From Mobula hypostoma (taxonomy: Eukaryota): a stretch of 64,000 nt of DNA. The DNA lies in assembly GCF_963921235.1 (NCBI RefSeq), contig NC_086097.1, forward strand, positions 246,576,001 through 246,640,000, in the 5' to 3' direction. The notes beneath the pieces are model-generated. The model worked only from the letters and a program-made list of their open reading frames with translations. It was not told the origin of the DNA and did not search any database. The position numbers were made by a program, and so were the translations under genes. This document shows, piece after piece, positions 25,991 to 39,434 of the stretch (position 1 is the first letter of the stretch; each line of letters opens with the position of its first letter).

Positions 25991-26531
25991 GACGCTCACA
26001 CCTCAAACTGGCCACAAGAAGGAGACAGTGATGACAATGCCAACCCCTTCCTGCTCACCTACCTGTTAGATAATTATTACTTCATCGTTATCACCTGTCA
26101 CTTATTTGTAGCCTGATATAAGTTCCATGTCCCTTGTGTTGTTTTTGCTCCATCTTGGAATCACCTTTTGTTATTGAAGTTTTGCCTTTGTATGTAGGAA
26201 TCTCTAGTTTCTGAAACTCTAGTTTGTTTTTTTTTTGTATTTTGACTTTGCCTGTGAGTTTTTTGGACCCTCTGTCTGTACCTTGCTTGCTAAGGAATCC
26301 AGTAAAGCCTTGTTGGACTTTCTCCTCTAATGTTGCGAGACTTTTCTCAACAATTGGTTTCACCACTATTCTATGTGAAGGAAGTTAGAACTGAAGAAGT
26401 TACTTCATCAGCTAAACCAAAGCTATTCTGCAACATATGGCTTCCCAATATCCTTGGTGTAATGTTAAATATATGAACGGTCAACATTTTGCAAGACTTT
26501 TGTACAGAAAATATTTATTTGATTGACATAC

Positions 26532-26675
26532 CTGGGATGAAAGCAAATTGCAGTCAATATATAGACCTCTTCCAGTCTTCTGTCGCTGTAGCAGCCCTGC
26601 CATTATGGCTCCATGACTGTATAAACCTGTAGCTAGGTCTGTCATGGCCACTCCAGGTCTAACCGGGTCACCATC
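26532..26675 (-). CDS. SUGCT: Internal coding exon (144 nt) of SUGCT carrying the catalytic Asp motif
   Basis: Minus strand reads tgtttttgctttctcattag|GATGGTGAC...TCATCCCAG|gtatgt. Translates [48 protein letters not shown], phase 0-0, in frame with the 60004-60095 exon. Confidence 0.96.
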
Positions 26676-27599
26676 CTAATGAGAAAGCAAAAACAAATTG
26701 AAAATCTCTTACAGATTTAAGACAAATGCTTATGTCATTGAGACCAGTGTAAATCCTAAAGCTTGTTTGAAATCATGGCCCAAATGGATGTGAAGGAATG
26801 TGTTGTGGTTTTAGGGGTTTGTTTGTATTTGCTCACCTTTCTGAATGTTTTGTATCTGATTAGCGTCCTCTTGGAGTACTGCTCAATAAAATGAAGCCAA
26901 ACATTCCTCAAACAATCCCCTTTGAATCAACATATCAGGAATGTTTAGAAGAGGACACAAATAATCACATGCGAACTATATTCAACACTACTGCTCAGAA
27001 ACAGGTCCTTTGGCCCATCTAATCCATGCTAAACTGTTATTTTTCCTAGTCCCAATGACCCACCTAGACCACAGCCCACAAAATTCATGTGTCTATCCAA
27101 ACTTCTTAAATGTTACGAAGCCCACCGTCACCACTTCCACTTTCCACCTCCTACGAATGAAGAGCCGCAGCACCCCCCTTAAATATTTCACATTCCACGC
27201 TTAGCCTATGACCTCTAGTTCTAGCCTCACCCAACCTCCATGGAAAAAGCTTGCTTGCATTTACCCTGTCTGCCTTAATATTGATTAGGATTACATATAC
27301 ACTAATATTGATTTCAATTTAATAACTTCTCTTTTAGATAAGGCTTTGGTCAGGCCACACTTGAAGTAATGTGAGCAGTTTTGGGCCCATTATCTAAGAA
27401 GAAATGTGCTGGCATTGGAGAAAGTCCAGAGGAGTGTACAAAAGAGGTAATGTATTTACATTTCCACTGTGAATGCCCACAAGTAAATTAACCTCAACAT
27501 ATATGTACTTTAATAATAAATTTACTTTAAATTTCCAAATCTCTGGGGTCTGATTAATTATATCCAAGAGCACTGTGGGAAGCTAGGAAAAAAGTGCAA

Positions 27600-28610
27600 G
27601 AACCATGGCTGAGATAGAAATCACCATTACAACTTCGTGCACAGGAGATCATATCTCATGAATGTAATTGAGTAATTTTTTTCAATAAATAACCAAGAAA
27701 GCCAATGAGGGCAGGACCATAAACCCAGTCTATATGGACTTCAGGCAGGGCTTTGATAAGTTTTCACATGGTAAGTTAAATTGCATGGGATTTAGGGAGT
27801 GCTCGCTAACGTGGAGAGGATATTTCATATAGTGGGGGAGCCTGGGACCCAAGGGCACAGCCTCAGAGTAGAAGGACAGCCTTTTAGAACAATTTGAGGT
27901 GGATCTTTTTACTCAGCTGGTAGTGAATCTATGGAATTCATTGCCACAGCCAGTTGTGGAAGCCAAGACATTGGGTATATTTAAAGCGGAGGTTGATAGG
28001 TTCTTGATTAATCAGGGCATCAAAGGTTACGGGAAGAAGGCAGGGGAATGGAGTTGAAAGGGAAAATTAATCAGCCATGATTGAATGGCAGAGAAGACTC
28101 AATGGGCTGAAACATATAATTCATCTCTTATCTTATGGTCTTTTTCTGTGCTATTGCAAAAGATTAAAATGAAAAATGACACATCTGTCAAGCACCCTAA
28201 GAGATGAAAGAGAAGGTGAAAGTATATACACAGGTTTGCACAGAATGTTGAAAGGCATGGACAGGGTGGATGTGGCAAAGTTATTTCCCATGATGGGGGA
28301 GTCTAGTACAAGAGGGCATGACTTAAGGATTGAAGGGCGCCCTTTCAGAACAGAGATGTGAAGAAATTTGTTTAGCCAGAGGGTGGGAATCTGTGGAATT
28401 TGTTGCCACGGGCGGCAGTGGAGGCCAAGTCATTGGGTGTATTTAAGGCAGAAATTGATAGGTATCTGAGTAGCCAGGGCATCAAAGGTTACGGTGAGAA
28501 GGTGGGGGAGTGGGACTAAATGGGAGAATGGATCAGCTCATGATAAAATGGCAGAGCAGACTCGATGGGCCGAATGGCTGACCTGCTCCTTTGTCTTATG
28601 GTCTTACGGT
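27600..28610 (+). mobile_element. CR1 fragments (two 3' ends)
   Basis: YMDF..FDK remnant, TRGH.LRI.G.PFRT and TCTTATGG tails. Confidence 0.7.
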
Positions 28611-28914
28611 TTCAATAAAGACATTGGCTCATTCTTGGTCAGCAATCTATGAGAGGTTTTGGTGTATAACTTTCAGTTCTTTAATAACTTAAAACTATGG
28701 TTTACAACCAATTACACCTGGATTCTGTTCTAGGTATTGATCAGTGGCTTAGTGAAACACTTCCTGGCTACAGGTTTGAAGTCTGATATTCACCTAAACT
28801 ATTGTCAGGCACTGCTAGAGGCTTCAATATTTTTTGTTGCCTCAATTTATATAACTCGCTGCATTTTTTTCTGCAGTCATTGAAACAGAAAATGGTCCAT
28901 TATCCCATTAAAAA

Positions 28915-29330
28915 ATGGTTGAGTTAACTCGGCCTTTTCTCCTTGGAGTGACGGAGGATGAGAGGTGACCTGATAGAGGTGTATAAGATGATGAGAGGCA
29001 TTGATCGTATGGATAGTGAGAGGCTTTTTCCCAGGGCTGAAATGGCTTAGCACGAGAGGACATAGTTCTAAGGTGCTTAGAAGTAGGTACAGAGGAGATG
29101 TCAGGAGTAAGTTTTTACGCAGAGAGTGGTGAGTGCATGGAATGGGCTGCCGGCGGCAGTGGTGGAGGCGGAAATGATAGAGTCTTTTAAGAGACTCCTG
29201 GATAGGAACATGGAGCTTAGAAAAATATAGGGCTATGGGTAAGCCTAGTAATTTCTAAGGTAGGGACATGTTCGGCACAACTTTGTGGGCTGAAGGGCCT
29301 GTATTGTGCTGTAGGTTTTCTATGTTTCTA
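28915..29330 (+). mobile_element. CR1 subfamily B 3' end
   Basis: RMRGDLIEVYKMMRG and TTTCTATG tail. Confidence 0.85.
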
Positions 29331-29722
29331 TCCCAAACCAAGGTATAGAGGCTGTTGTACTGAAGTGACAAAAAGGGCAAGAAGATCTTAAGACACCAGA
29401 GTAGAATTAGGCCATTTGGCCATCGAGTCTGTTCTGCCATTCAATCATGGGTGATATATTATCCCTCTCAACCCATTCTCTTGCCTTCTTCCTGTAATCT
29501 TTAATGACCTTACTAATCAAGAGTCTTAGACTTTCAATCCCGACTATCCTGCTGGTGACTTTACAGTTTGGAAAATAAAATTATAGACTTCAGAGCAAGA
29601 TTGCTGTACCAGAAGGATATCAGGGACTGCTGCATACTCTGCTTTGTGGATAGATAGCTCACACTTGCAATATCAGACAGAGCGCTACAGCCTCAAACAA
29701 GAGAAAATCTGCAGTTGCTGGA

Positions 29723-32720
29723 AATGGCGCCGCATACAGTATTGCAAGTTCCGTTCCAACTTTACAGTATACTTCTGATTTCTGCGATTTCCTTCGGATA
29801 TGATAGACTGGCTCTCCTGAACATCGGGAAGACGGCATTTACCCACTACATGCCGCCTATTCTACACTGAGATGCCCTGCTTGCGCAATCAATGGGAGAG
29901 TCACCTACTACTGCCGCTCCCTCGGAAGCAGGATTTGAGGCGAGAGAGAAGGGCTGGCATCCTGGTGAGGTTGAGGTAGCGTGCTAATCGGCCGCCGCTC
30001 CCAGGCATATTCCTGGCTAATGTTCAGTCCTTGGACAATAAGCTGTGCGAACTGAGAGCCAGAATCTTCTACCAACAGGAAACAAAGGAATGTAACATTT
30101 TGTGCTTTGTGGAGACCTGGCTGACGGAGGAAATACCAGATCATGCCATCAAGCCCTCTGGGTTCTCCCTGTTCCAGGTCAAAAAACCTCTCTGGGAAGA
30201 GTAAAGGAGGTCGGGTATGCTTCACTGTCAATAATGCCTGGTGCGACCCCCGGAATGTGCATGCCCTCAAATCCTTTTGTTCCCCAGACCTGGAGTAGCT
30301 TGTGCTGCTGTGTAAACCTTTCTGGCTGTCTAGGGAGTTCACGGCTGTCATTATCACAGCTGTGTATATTCCACCACAGACTGATACTGACCTGGCTCTC
30401 AAAGAACTGTATAAGATCATCAGCACCCTGGAGACTGATTACCCGGAGGCTGCCTTCATTGTCACCGGTGACTTTAATCAAGTGTCGCTGACTAAAGTCT
30501 CTCAGAAGTTTTGCCAACACATCCAGGTGAGCACGCAGGGAGATAACATACTCGACCACTGCTACTCTCCCTTCCGCAACATTTACAAAGCACTCCTCCG
30601 CCCTCCATTTGGAAAATCAGGTCATTCCTCCATTTTTCTGGTGCCAAAGTACAGGCAGAAGCTTAAACAAGAGGCAGCCATAGTTAACACCATCCACTGT
30701 TGGTCCGACCAATCTGCCTCCATGCTACAGGACTGCTTTGATAACGTTGACTGGAACGTCCTCCATGACTAGGATGTCTCCAAGTTCACGGAAGGAGTCA
30801 CGAGTTTCATCCAGAAGTGCATCGAGGATGTTGCACCCCAGAAATCGGTCAAGATCTTCCCAAATCAGAAACCCTGCATCAACAGTACAAGTAGTACAAG
30901 TAGCACTAACTGCACAAGACAGAGCTTACAGCTAGAGCTCAAGAAATGCAGCTATGATCTGCGCAAAGTCATCAAGACAGTGAAACGACAATACAGAGAC
31001 AAGATCCAGACCCAACTTAACACCAACAACACACGCAGCTTATGGCAAGGTCTGCACACCATCGCAGACTTCAAAGCCAAACGCAGTGAAGTTTCCAACA
31101 ATGATGCCTCTCTCCCAGACAAGCTAAATCTTTTTTATGCTCAATTTGACGTCACCAATACTGAGCCCCTGAGTAGACTTGCAGATGATGCAGCAGGCAG
31201 CTTGGTCATCTCTGAGGCCGAAGCACGCAGGTGTTTCCAACGGGTGGACAGTCGCAAGGCCGCGGGACCGGACGGCATCCCAGGGCGAGCGCTCAGGATG
31301 TGCATGGCACAACTGGCAGGTGCGTTTACAGACATTTTTAATCTCTCCCTTCCCCAGTGCAGAGTGCCCTGCTGCTTCAAAACATCCACCATTGTCCCTG
31401 TACATAAAAAGACCACGGTAACATGCCTGAACGACTGGTGTCCTGTCGCACTCATTTCAATCATAAGCAAATGCTTTGAGAGGCTGGTCAAGGACTACAT
31501 CTGCAGCACGCTGCCACCCACACTGGACCCCCTACAATTCGCCTATCGACACAGCTGATCAACAGATGACGCAATAGCGACAGCTCTACACACTGTCCTT
31601 ACACATCTGGAGACAAGGGATGCTTATGTGAGAATGCTGTTCTTGGACTACAGTTCAGCATTCTACACCATAATTCCCTCCAGGCTCGACAAGAAGCTCA
31701 GAGATCTCAGCCTTCACCCTGCCTTGTGTAGCTGGATCCTGGACTTCCTGTCAGATCACTAGCAGGTGGTAAGAGTGGGCTCCCTCACCTCCGCCCCTCT
31801 GACCTTTAACACAGGTGCCTCTCAGGGCTGTGTACTAAGCCCCCTCCTTTACTCTCTGTATACCCATGAATGCATTGCCACCCACAGCAACAATCTAATT
31901 AAATTTGCTGACGACGCTACACTGATTGGCCTAGGCTCAAATAATAATGAGGTAGCCTACAGAGAGGAAGTCATCACCCTGACACAGTGGTGTGAAGAAA
32001 ACAACCTCTCCCTCAATATTGCAAAAACAAAGGAGCTGGTTGTGGACTACAGGAGGAATGGATACAGGCTAACCCCTATTGACATCAATGGATCTGGGGT
32101 TGAGAGCGTGTACAGCCTTATGTTCCTCAGCATAAATATCACCGAGGATCTCACGTGGTCGGTACATACCGGCTGTGTGGTGAGAAAAGCACAACAGTGC
32201 CTCTTTCACCTCGGACGGCTGAAGAAGTTTGGTAAGGCCTCACAAGTACTAAGAACTTTCTATAGGGGCACGATTGAGAGCATGCCTGGTATGGGAACTG
32301 TACTTCCCTCAATCGCAGGACTCTGCAGAGAGTGGTGCGGACAGCCCAGCACATCTGTCGACGTGAACTTCCCGCTATTCAGGTCATTTACAAAGACAGG
32401 TGTGTAAAAAGGGCCCGAAGGATCATTGGAAACCCGAGTCACCCCAACCACAAACTGTTGCAGCTGCTAGCATCCAGGAAACGGTACCGCAGCATAAAAG
32501 CCAGGACCAGCATGCTCCGGGACAGCTTCTTCCACCAGGCCATCAGACCGATTAATTCATGCTGAAGCTACTGTATTTCTATGTTATACTGACTATCCTG
32601 TTGTATGTAATATTTATTATAAATTAATATAATTGCACATTGCACATTTGAACAGAGACGTAACATAAAGATTTTTACTCCTCGTGTATTTGAAGGGTGT
32701 AAGTAATAAAGACAATTCAA
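29723..32720 (+). mobile_element. Full-length Rex1/Babar LINE, single EN-RT ORF with stops and frameshifts
   Basis: ATGGCG 5' end. [47 protein letters not shown] and FADD motifs. AATAAA plus CAATT tail. Confidence 0.9.
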
Positions 32721-32916
32721 ATCTGAGAACACACACAAAATGCTGTGGGAACTCAGCAGGTTAGGCAGCATCTAGGAAAAGAGTGCAGTCAACATTTCGG
32801 CCTGAAACATCAACTGTACTCTTTTCCTAGATGCTGCCTGGCCTGCTGAGTTCCTTCAGCATTTGAAAGTTGCTGGTGAACGCAGCAGGACAGGCAGCAT
32901 CTCTAGGAAGAGGTGC

Positions 32917-32952
32917 AGTCGACGTTTCAGGCCGAGACCCTTCGTCAGGACT
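32917..32952 (-). ncRNA. Minimal hammerhead ribozyme motif (PLE)
   Basis: Identical 36-mer to 47270-47305. Confidence 0.72.
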
Positions 32953-33454
32953 AACTGAAGGAAGAGTGAGTAAGGGATTTGAAAGTTGGAGGGGGAGGGG
33001 GAGATCCAAAATGATAGGAGAAGACAGGAGGGGGAGGGATGGAGCCAAGAGCTGGACAGGTGATAGGTAAAAGGGATACGAGAGGATCATGGGACAGGAG
33101 GTCCGGACCCAGAGGATGGGCAAGGGGTATATTCAGAGGGACAGAGGGAGAAAAAGGAGAGTGAGAGAAAGAATGTGTGTATAAAAATAAGTAACAGATG
33201 GGGTACGAGGGGGAGGTGGGGCATTAGCGGAAGTTAGAGAAGTCGATGTTCATGCCATCAGGTTGGAGGCTACCCAGACGGAATATAAGGTGTTGTTCCT
33301 CCAACCTGAGTGTGGCTCCATCTTTACAGTAGAGGAGGCCGTGGATAGACATGTCAGAATGGGAATGGGATGTGGAATTATGTCTTCTCCTATCATTTTG
33401 GATCTCCCCCTCCCCCTCCAACTTCCAAATCCCTTACTCACTCTTCCTTCAGTT

Positions 33455-33490
33455 AGTCCTGACGAAGGGTCTCGGCCTGAAATGTCGACT
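33455..33490 (+). ncRNA. Hammerhead motif with altered stem III (GAAAT-GTC)
   Basis: AGTC-CTGACGA-AGGGTCTCGGCCT-GAAA-T-GTC-GACT. Confidence 0.55.
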
Positions 33491-34407
33491 GCACCTCTTC
33501 CTAGAGATGCTGCCTGGCCTGCTGCGTTCACCAGCAACTTTTATGTGTGTTGCTTGAATTTCCAGCATCTTCAGAATTCCTGTTGTTTTCCTTCAGCATT
33601 TTGTGTGTTATGGTACAGCCTGATGGCTTCTTCACTCTCCACAAAGACAAGACCGTTCAGTCTTTTCAATATAGATGAGGTTGTGTATGCTTTATGATTA
33701 ACTCATCGTGGTGCACAAGCGTGGCAGTTCTGTCACAATCCTGCTCACCCGACCTAGAACATTTAGTGGTCAAATGTTGTCCATTTTATCTGCTGAGGCA
33801 GTTTTCAACCATCATCGTGGTAGTGGTGTACATTCCACCTCAGGCCAACATCAGGCAGGCAATAGCGGAGCTGAGCAATTAATCAGCAGGCACAAAACTC
33901 GGCACCCTAATGCCTTTCCTATCGATGTGGGACATCTCTACCAGAGCAGTTTGAAGAAATCTCTGAACAACTACCACCAACATATCACCTGTGAACCAGA
34001 GGAGCCAACACATTTGATCACTGTTATGCCACCATCAAGAACACTTACTGGGCCAATCCATGCCCACACTTTGGAAAGTGTGATCTCTTGACCGTACTTC
34101 TACTCCCAGCATATAGGCAGAGACTGAAGACGGCAGCACCAGTGGTGAGGCCCAAGAAGGTATGACCAAGGGAGGTGGAGGAGCGATTACAGATCTGCTT
34201 TAAGTTGGTGGACTAGACAATATTCAGGGATTTATCTTCAAGCCTGAATGAATACGCACAATTGTCACTGACTTCATCAAGCCCTTTGTGGGTGAGTGTG
34301 TGTCTTTGAAAACATACTGCATGAACCCAAACCAAAAGCTGTGGATGAACCAGGAGATTCGTAATCTGCTGAGGGCTAGATCTGTGGCATTCAAGTCGGT
34401 GATGCAG

Positions 34408-34772
34408 AATAGAAACATAGAAAATAGGTGCAGGAGTAGGCCGTTCGGCCCTTCGAGCCTGCACCGCCATTCAGTATGATGCGGCTGATCATCCAACTCA
34501 GAACCCTGTACCAGCCTTCCCTCCATACCCCCTGATCCCCTTAGCCACAAGGGCCATATCTAACTCCCCCTTAAATATAGCCAATGAACTGGCCTCAACT
34601 GTTTCCTGTGGCAGAGAATTCCACAGATTCACCACTCGCTGTGTGAAGAAATTTTTCCTAATCTCGGTCCTAAAAGACTTCCCCTTTATCCTCAAACTGT
34701 GATCCCTCGTTCTGGACTTTCCCAACATCTGGAACAATCTTCCTGCATCTAGCCTTTAGGATTTTATACGTT
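34408..34772 (-). mobile_element. CR1 subfamily A short 3' end
   Basis: Near-identical to about 1330-1705. Confidence 0.9.
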
Positions 34773-34832
34773 TACAATAATACAAGAAATCCAGATCTGA
34801 GCTATAGAGGCTATTTTAGGAGCAAATAAACA

Positions 34833-36196
34833 AAGATGGAAGGATAGTAGTCCGGGTAATTATAGACCACTACGCCTTACGTCTGTGGTGGGAAAACTGT
34901 TGGAAAAGATTCTTAGAGATAGGATCTATGGGCATTTAGAGAATTATGGTCTGATCAGGGGCAGTCAGCATGACTTTGTGAAGGGCAGATCATGTCTAAC
35001 AAGCCTGAGTTCTTTGAGGAGAAGACCAGGCATATAGATGAGGGTAGTGCAGTGGATGTGATCTATATGGATTTTAGTAAGGCATTTGACAAGGTTCCAC
35101 ACAGTAGGCACGGGATCCAGGGAAGTTTGGCCAGGTGGATTCAAAATTGGCTTGTCTGCAGAAGGCAGAGGTTCATGGTGGAGGGAGTACATTCAGATTG
35201 GAGGGTTGTTACTAGTGGTGTCCCACAAAGATCTGTTCTGGGACCTCTACTTTTCATGATTTTTATTAACAATCTGGATGTGGGGGTAGAAGGGTGGGTT
35301 GGCAAGTTTGCAGATGACACAAAGGTTGGTGGTGTTGTAGATAGTGTAGAGGATTGTCGAAGATTGCAGAGAGACATTGATAGGTTGCAGAAGTGGGCTG
35401 AGAAATGGCAGATGGAGTTCAACCCAGAGAAGTGTGAGGTGGTACACTTTGGAAGGACAAATTCCAAGGCAGAGTACAAAGTAAATGGCAGGATACTTGG
35501 TAGTGTGGAGGCCAGAGGGATCTGGGGGTACATGTCCCTGAAAGTTGCCTCACAGGTAGATAGGGTAGTTAAGAAAGCTTATGGGGTGTTAGTTTTCATA
35601 AGTCAAGGGATAGAGCTTAAGAGTCGCGAGGTAATGATGCAGCTCTATAAAACTCTGGTTAGGCCACATTTGTAGTACTGTGTCCAGTTTTGGTCGCCTC
35701 ACTGTAGGAAGGATGTAGAAGCATTGGAAAGGGTACAGAGGAGATTTACCAGGATGCTGCCTGGTTCAGAGAGTATGCATTATGATCAGAGATTAAGGGA
35801 GCTAGGGCTTTACTCTTTGTAAAGAAGGAGGAAGAGAGGAGACATGATAGAGGTATACAAGATATTAAGAGGAATAGATAGAGTGGACAGCCAGTGCCTC
35901 TTCCCCAGGGCACCACTGCTCAATACAAGGGGACATGGCTTTAAGGTAAGGGGTGGGAAGTTCAAGGGGGATATTAGAGCAAGGTTTTTTACTCAGAGAG
36001 TGGTTGGTGCGTGGAATGCACTGCCTGAGTCAGTGGTGGAGGCAGATACACTAGTGAAATTTAAGAGACTACTAGACAGGTATATGGATGAATTTAAGGT
36101 GGTGGGGGTTATGTGGGAGGCAGGGTTTGAGGGTTGGCACAACAATGTGGGCCGAAGGGCCTGTACTGTGCTGTACTATTCTATGTTCTATGTTCT
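34833..36196 (+). mobile_element. CR1 subfamily C, 5'-truncated
   Basis: ORF 34992-35675 has FADDTKV. Near-identical to the reverse complement of 11546-13003. Confidence 0.92.
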
Positions 36197-36670
36197 AAAC
36201 CCAATTGAAGTTAGATACTAAATCAGATGCATATCAGCTCTGGCAATGTTTGCAGCCCGTTACTTCCTACGAAGTGAAACCTAACATCATGAAAGACTGC
36301 ACTCCCAGATGAGCTCATTATCTTTTAAGCACGCTTTGAAAAGGAGAATAAAACTACACCTGTGAGAATCTCTCCAGTACTTGGTGATCCTGTGATCTCT
36401 GTTTTGGAGGCTGACATCAAATCATCTTTCAAGAGGGTGAACCTTTGCAAGGTGTCAGGCCCTGACAGTGTACCTGGTAGGGGACTGAAAACTTGTGCCA
36501 ACCAACTGGCGTGAGTGTTCAAGGACACCTTCAATCTCTTACCACTGCAGCCTTCCACCTACTTCAAAAGGGCGACAATCATACCAGTGCCCAAGAAAAG
36601 CAGGGTGAGCTGCCTCAATGACTATTAAGCTGTGGCACTCACATCTACAGTAATGAAGTGCTTTGAGAGG

Positions 36671-37300
36671 TTCAGGTTCAAGTTCAATTCGAGTTCAAGT
36701 TTAATTATCATTTCATCATACATGAATACCCATGAATACAGCCAAACGAAACAGTGTTCTTCTGGGGCCAAGGTGCAAAGTACACAACAGTCACACACTG
36801 CACAAGGCACATACAGCACGTATTATTATGATAGCAGTAAACATACAGTCACACAGATATGCCAGCCCCACACCAGCATGGACGCCACACCACACCGACT
36901 CCGGAGTCTCCCCTCCTGAATGGCTGCAACAGGCAAGCTCACAGCAAAAAGCCTAGTCCTCACTACAATTGAGGCTACGTAGTTCCTCGGCTATCGGACT
37001 TGCAGTATTTTAATTTACCGACATACAACAGGGCCTTGTGATTGCTGTTTAAGACAATCACTTGCTGTCAGATTACACAATGATTCCGATGCCCTTCTGC
37101 AGCAGGTAGCAACACAGGTTCTGCACCAAGTCCAACTCCTCCACCAGTGAGAAACTCGCAGTTGGATAGACCTGAGTACTTGAAATTTTTAATGTCCAGC
37201 ATGGTTTTGTGATCATAAAAATGTTTTAAAAAGACAAAAACACCTTAGGCTGGCCCAGGAGAAGCCACTATGTCTGAGCTGCTGCGGTCTTACTGGAAAA
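36671..37300 (-). repeat. Family X non-coding retroposon
   Basis: (TTGAAC)n tail at about 36671-36700. Interrupts the Rex1 CFER|LVM motif. Confidence 0.7.
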
Positions 37301-38013
37301 GTTTGGTCATGGCTAAAATCAACACCTGCCTAAGCAAAGACCTGGACACAGTTTGCCTATCACAATAGGTCTACAGGGGACGGAATCTCACTGGTTCTCT
37401 GCTCAGACTTGGATCACCTGGACAACAGTAATACCTACGTCAGGCTGCTGTTTATTGATTACATCTCAGCATTCAACACAATCACACCCTCAGTTCCAAT
37501 CAACAAGCTTAAAAATCTGGGCCTCTGTACCGCCCTCTGCAACTGGGTCCTTGACTTCTTCGTCTGGACACCACAGTCTGTGCAGATCGAAAATAACATC
37601 TCCTCTTTGCTGACTATCAAGACTGGTACATGTCAAGGATGCGTGCTAAATCCACTGCTCTACTATCTCTATACCCATGATTGTGTGGCTCAGCACAGCT
37701 CAAGCACCATCTATAAATCTGCTGATGACACAACTATTGTTGGCAGAATTTCAGATGGTGATGAGGAGACACACAGGAGCAAGACAGACCAGCTGGTTGA
37801 GTGGTGTCGCAGCAACAGGCTTGCACTCAACATCAGTAAGACCAAGGAATTGATTGTGGAGGGAAAGTCAAGGGAACACACACCAGTCCTCATTGAGGGA
37901 TCAGCAGTGGAATGGGTGAGCAGTTTCAAGTTCTGCGTGCCAACATCTCTGAAGATCTATCCTGGACCGAACATATTGATGCAATTAAGAAGGCATGACA
38001 GCAAGTATATTTC

Positions 38014-38454
38014 TGTAACACTCGCTTCGCCTAGCGGCTTAATATAGGGGATGATAAACCCCCTGCCCGGCCAAACTTAAGAAATCTCGTTTGGGTGGAT
38101 GCTGCATGATGAGTCCCTTATTACAAATCAGTACCCCGAAATAACAAACAGTACAACATATGCGATTAAACGATTAAGCTTTACAATTCTTACTTTGACA
38201 CTAGACACAAGAGAACTCTTTCTTAGAGAAACAAAATATGAAAGAAAAAGGGCCCAAATCTTATTAAACAGTCTGTGCACAAAGTTGGAGCTCATGGTTT
38301 CCCCTTCGTCGATCCTCCTTCAATCGTTGCTGCCCTTCGGACCCTCGCTCCCAGTCCACCCCATCCAGCGGTCTACCAGATCTCTCCATTCGCGTCTTCT
38401 CTCTTCATCTCTCTCTCTCCCTAGCACAGCAATGAAACCTTACAGCGCATTACA
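38014..38454. mobile_element. Solo LTR (441 bp)
   Basis: TGTAA...TTACA termini with a 4-bp TSD TTTC (38010-38013 and 38455-38458). The host Rex1 resumes after it. Confidence 0.75.
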
Positions 38455-38933
38455 TTTCATTCAAAGTATGAAGAGAATTGGTATGTTACCAAAGACACTC
38501 GCAAATTTTAACAGATGTACCATGGCATTCTATCTGGTTGCATTACTGTTTGATATAGAGAGGCACTACAAAGGATCAGAAAAAGCTGCAGAAAGTTGTA
38601 AACTTAGTTCATTCATCATGGCACTAGCCTCCCCAGCATTGAGGACAGTGTTAAAAGGCAATGTCTCAAAAACACAGCATCCATCATTTAGGACACTCAT
38701 CACTCAGGGCATGTCCTTTGCTAATTAATACCATCATAGAGATACAGAAGCATGAAGACACAATGTTTCAGAAACAGCTTCTTCCTCTCTGCCATCAGAT
38801 TTCTGAAAGGACTATGTGCCTATGGACACTACATCACTATTTCTTCCTCTTTCTTTGCATTAACATATATATAATATGTTTCATTATGGACTGCAATTTA
38901 CTGCTGCCTCTAAACATCAAATTTCATGATATA

Positions 38934-39346
38934 CAGTACCTTGGAAAAGTTTTAGAGATGTAAAAATATTCTCTAAAGCAAAGACGTTTTCAAAAATAAT
39001 GAAAAGTTTCTAAATCACAGAAGACTTACAATAAAGAGCAGTGAACAGTAAAAATTCTAAATCAAAACAGTATTTCATGAGACCACCCTTTGCTTTTAAA
39101 ACTACATCAATTCTCGTAAGTACACTGGCGTGGAATTCGAAAAGAAAATTGGCTGGTAGGTTGTTCCCAGCATCTTGAAGAACTTGCCACAGTTTTTCTG
39201 CAGACTTTGGCTGTCTTGCTTGCTTCTGTCTCTGCAAGGGAACCCAGACTGGCTCGATGATGTTGTGATCAGGGCTCTGTGGAGGCCATACCATCTAAAA
39301 CCATATAAAAAAAACCTAGGGTGCCGAAGAATTTTGCACAATACTT
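38934..39346 (-). mobile_element. Tc1 deletion derivative with transposase C-terminus
   Basis: WPPQSPD.NIIE.VW motif (ORF 39010-39294). TIRs are related to those at 23966-24456, with TA flanks. Confidence 0.82.
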
Positions 39347-39434
39347 TATGCCAGTGATATTAAACCCGATCCTAATTCTGTTTAAGATGCAACTGGTCAA
39401 GACACCCGCAATGGGTGCTCCTGTGAAAACTAGT

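Larger units (their letters stand above)
32865..33587. mobile_element. Penelope-like element as an inverted pair (minus 32865-33380, plus 33381-33587)
   Basis: 14-bp TSD TTCCTTCAGCATTT at 32851-32864 and 33588-33601. About 160-bp inverted arms. Confidence 0.88.
29540..38830 (+). mobile_element. Old near-full-length Rex1-type LINE (family 2) shattered by multiple younger insertions
   Basis: Collinear EN-to-RT-to-3' pieces at about 29540-29693, 33614-34407, 34775-34832, 36197-36670, 37301-38013 and 38455-38830 (LQP|DGF, VYIPP, CFER|LV, QGCVLNPLLY, SADDTT). Confidence 0.8.

Noticed and set aside
38099..38728. 209-aa ORF
   Set aside because: Runs from the solo LTR into decayed Rex1, with no coherent domain.
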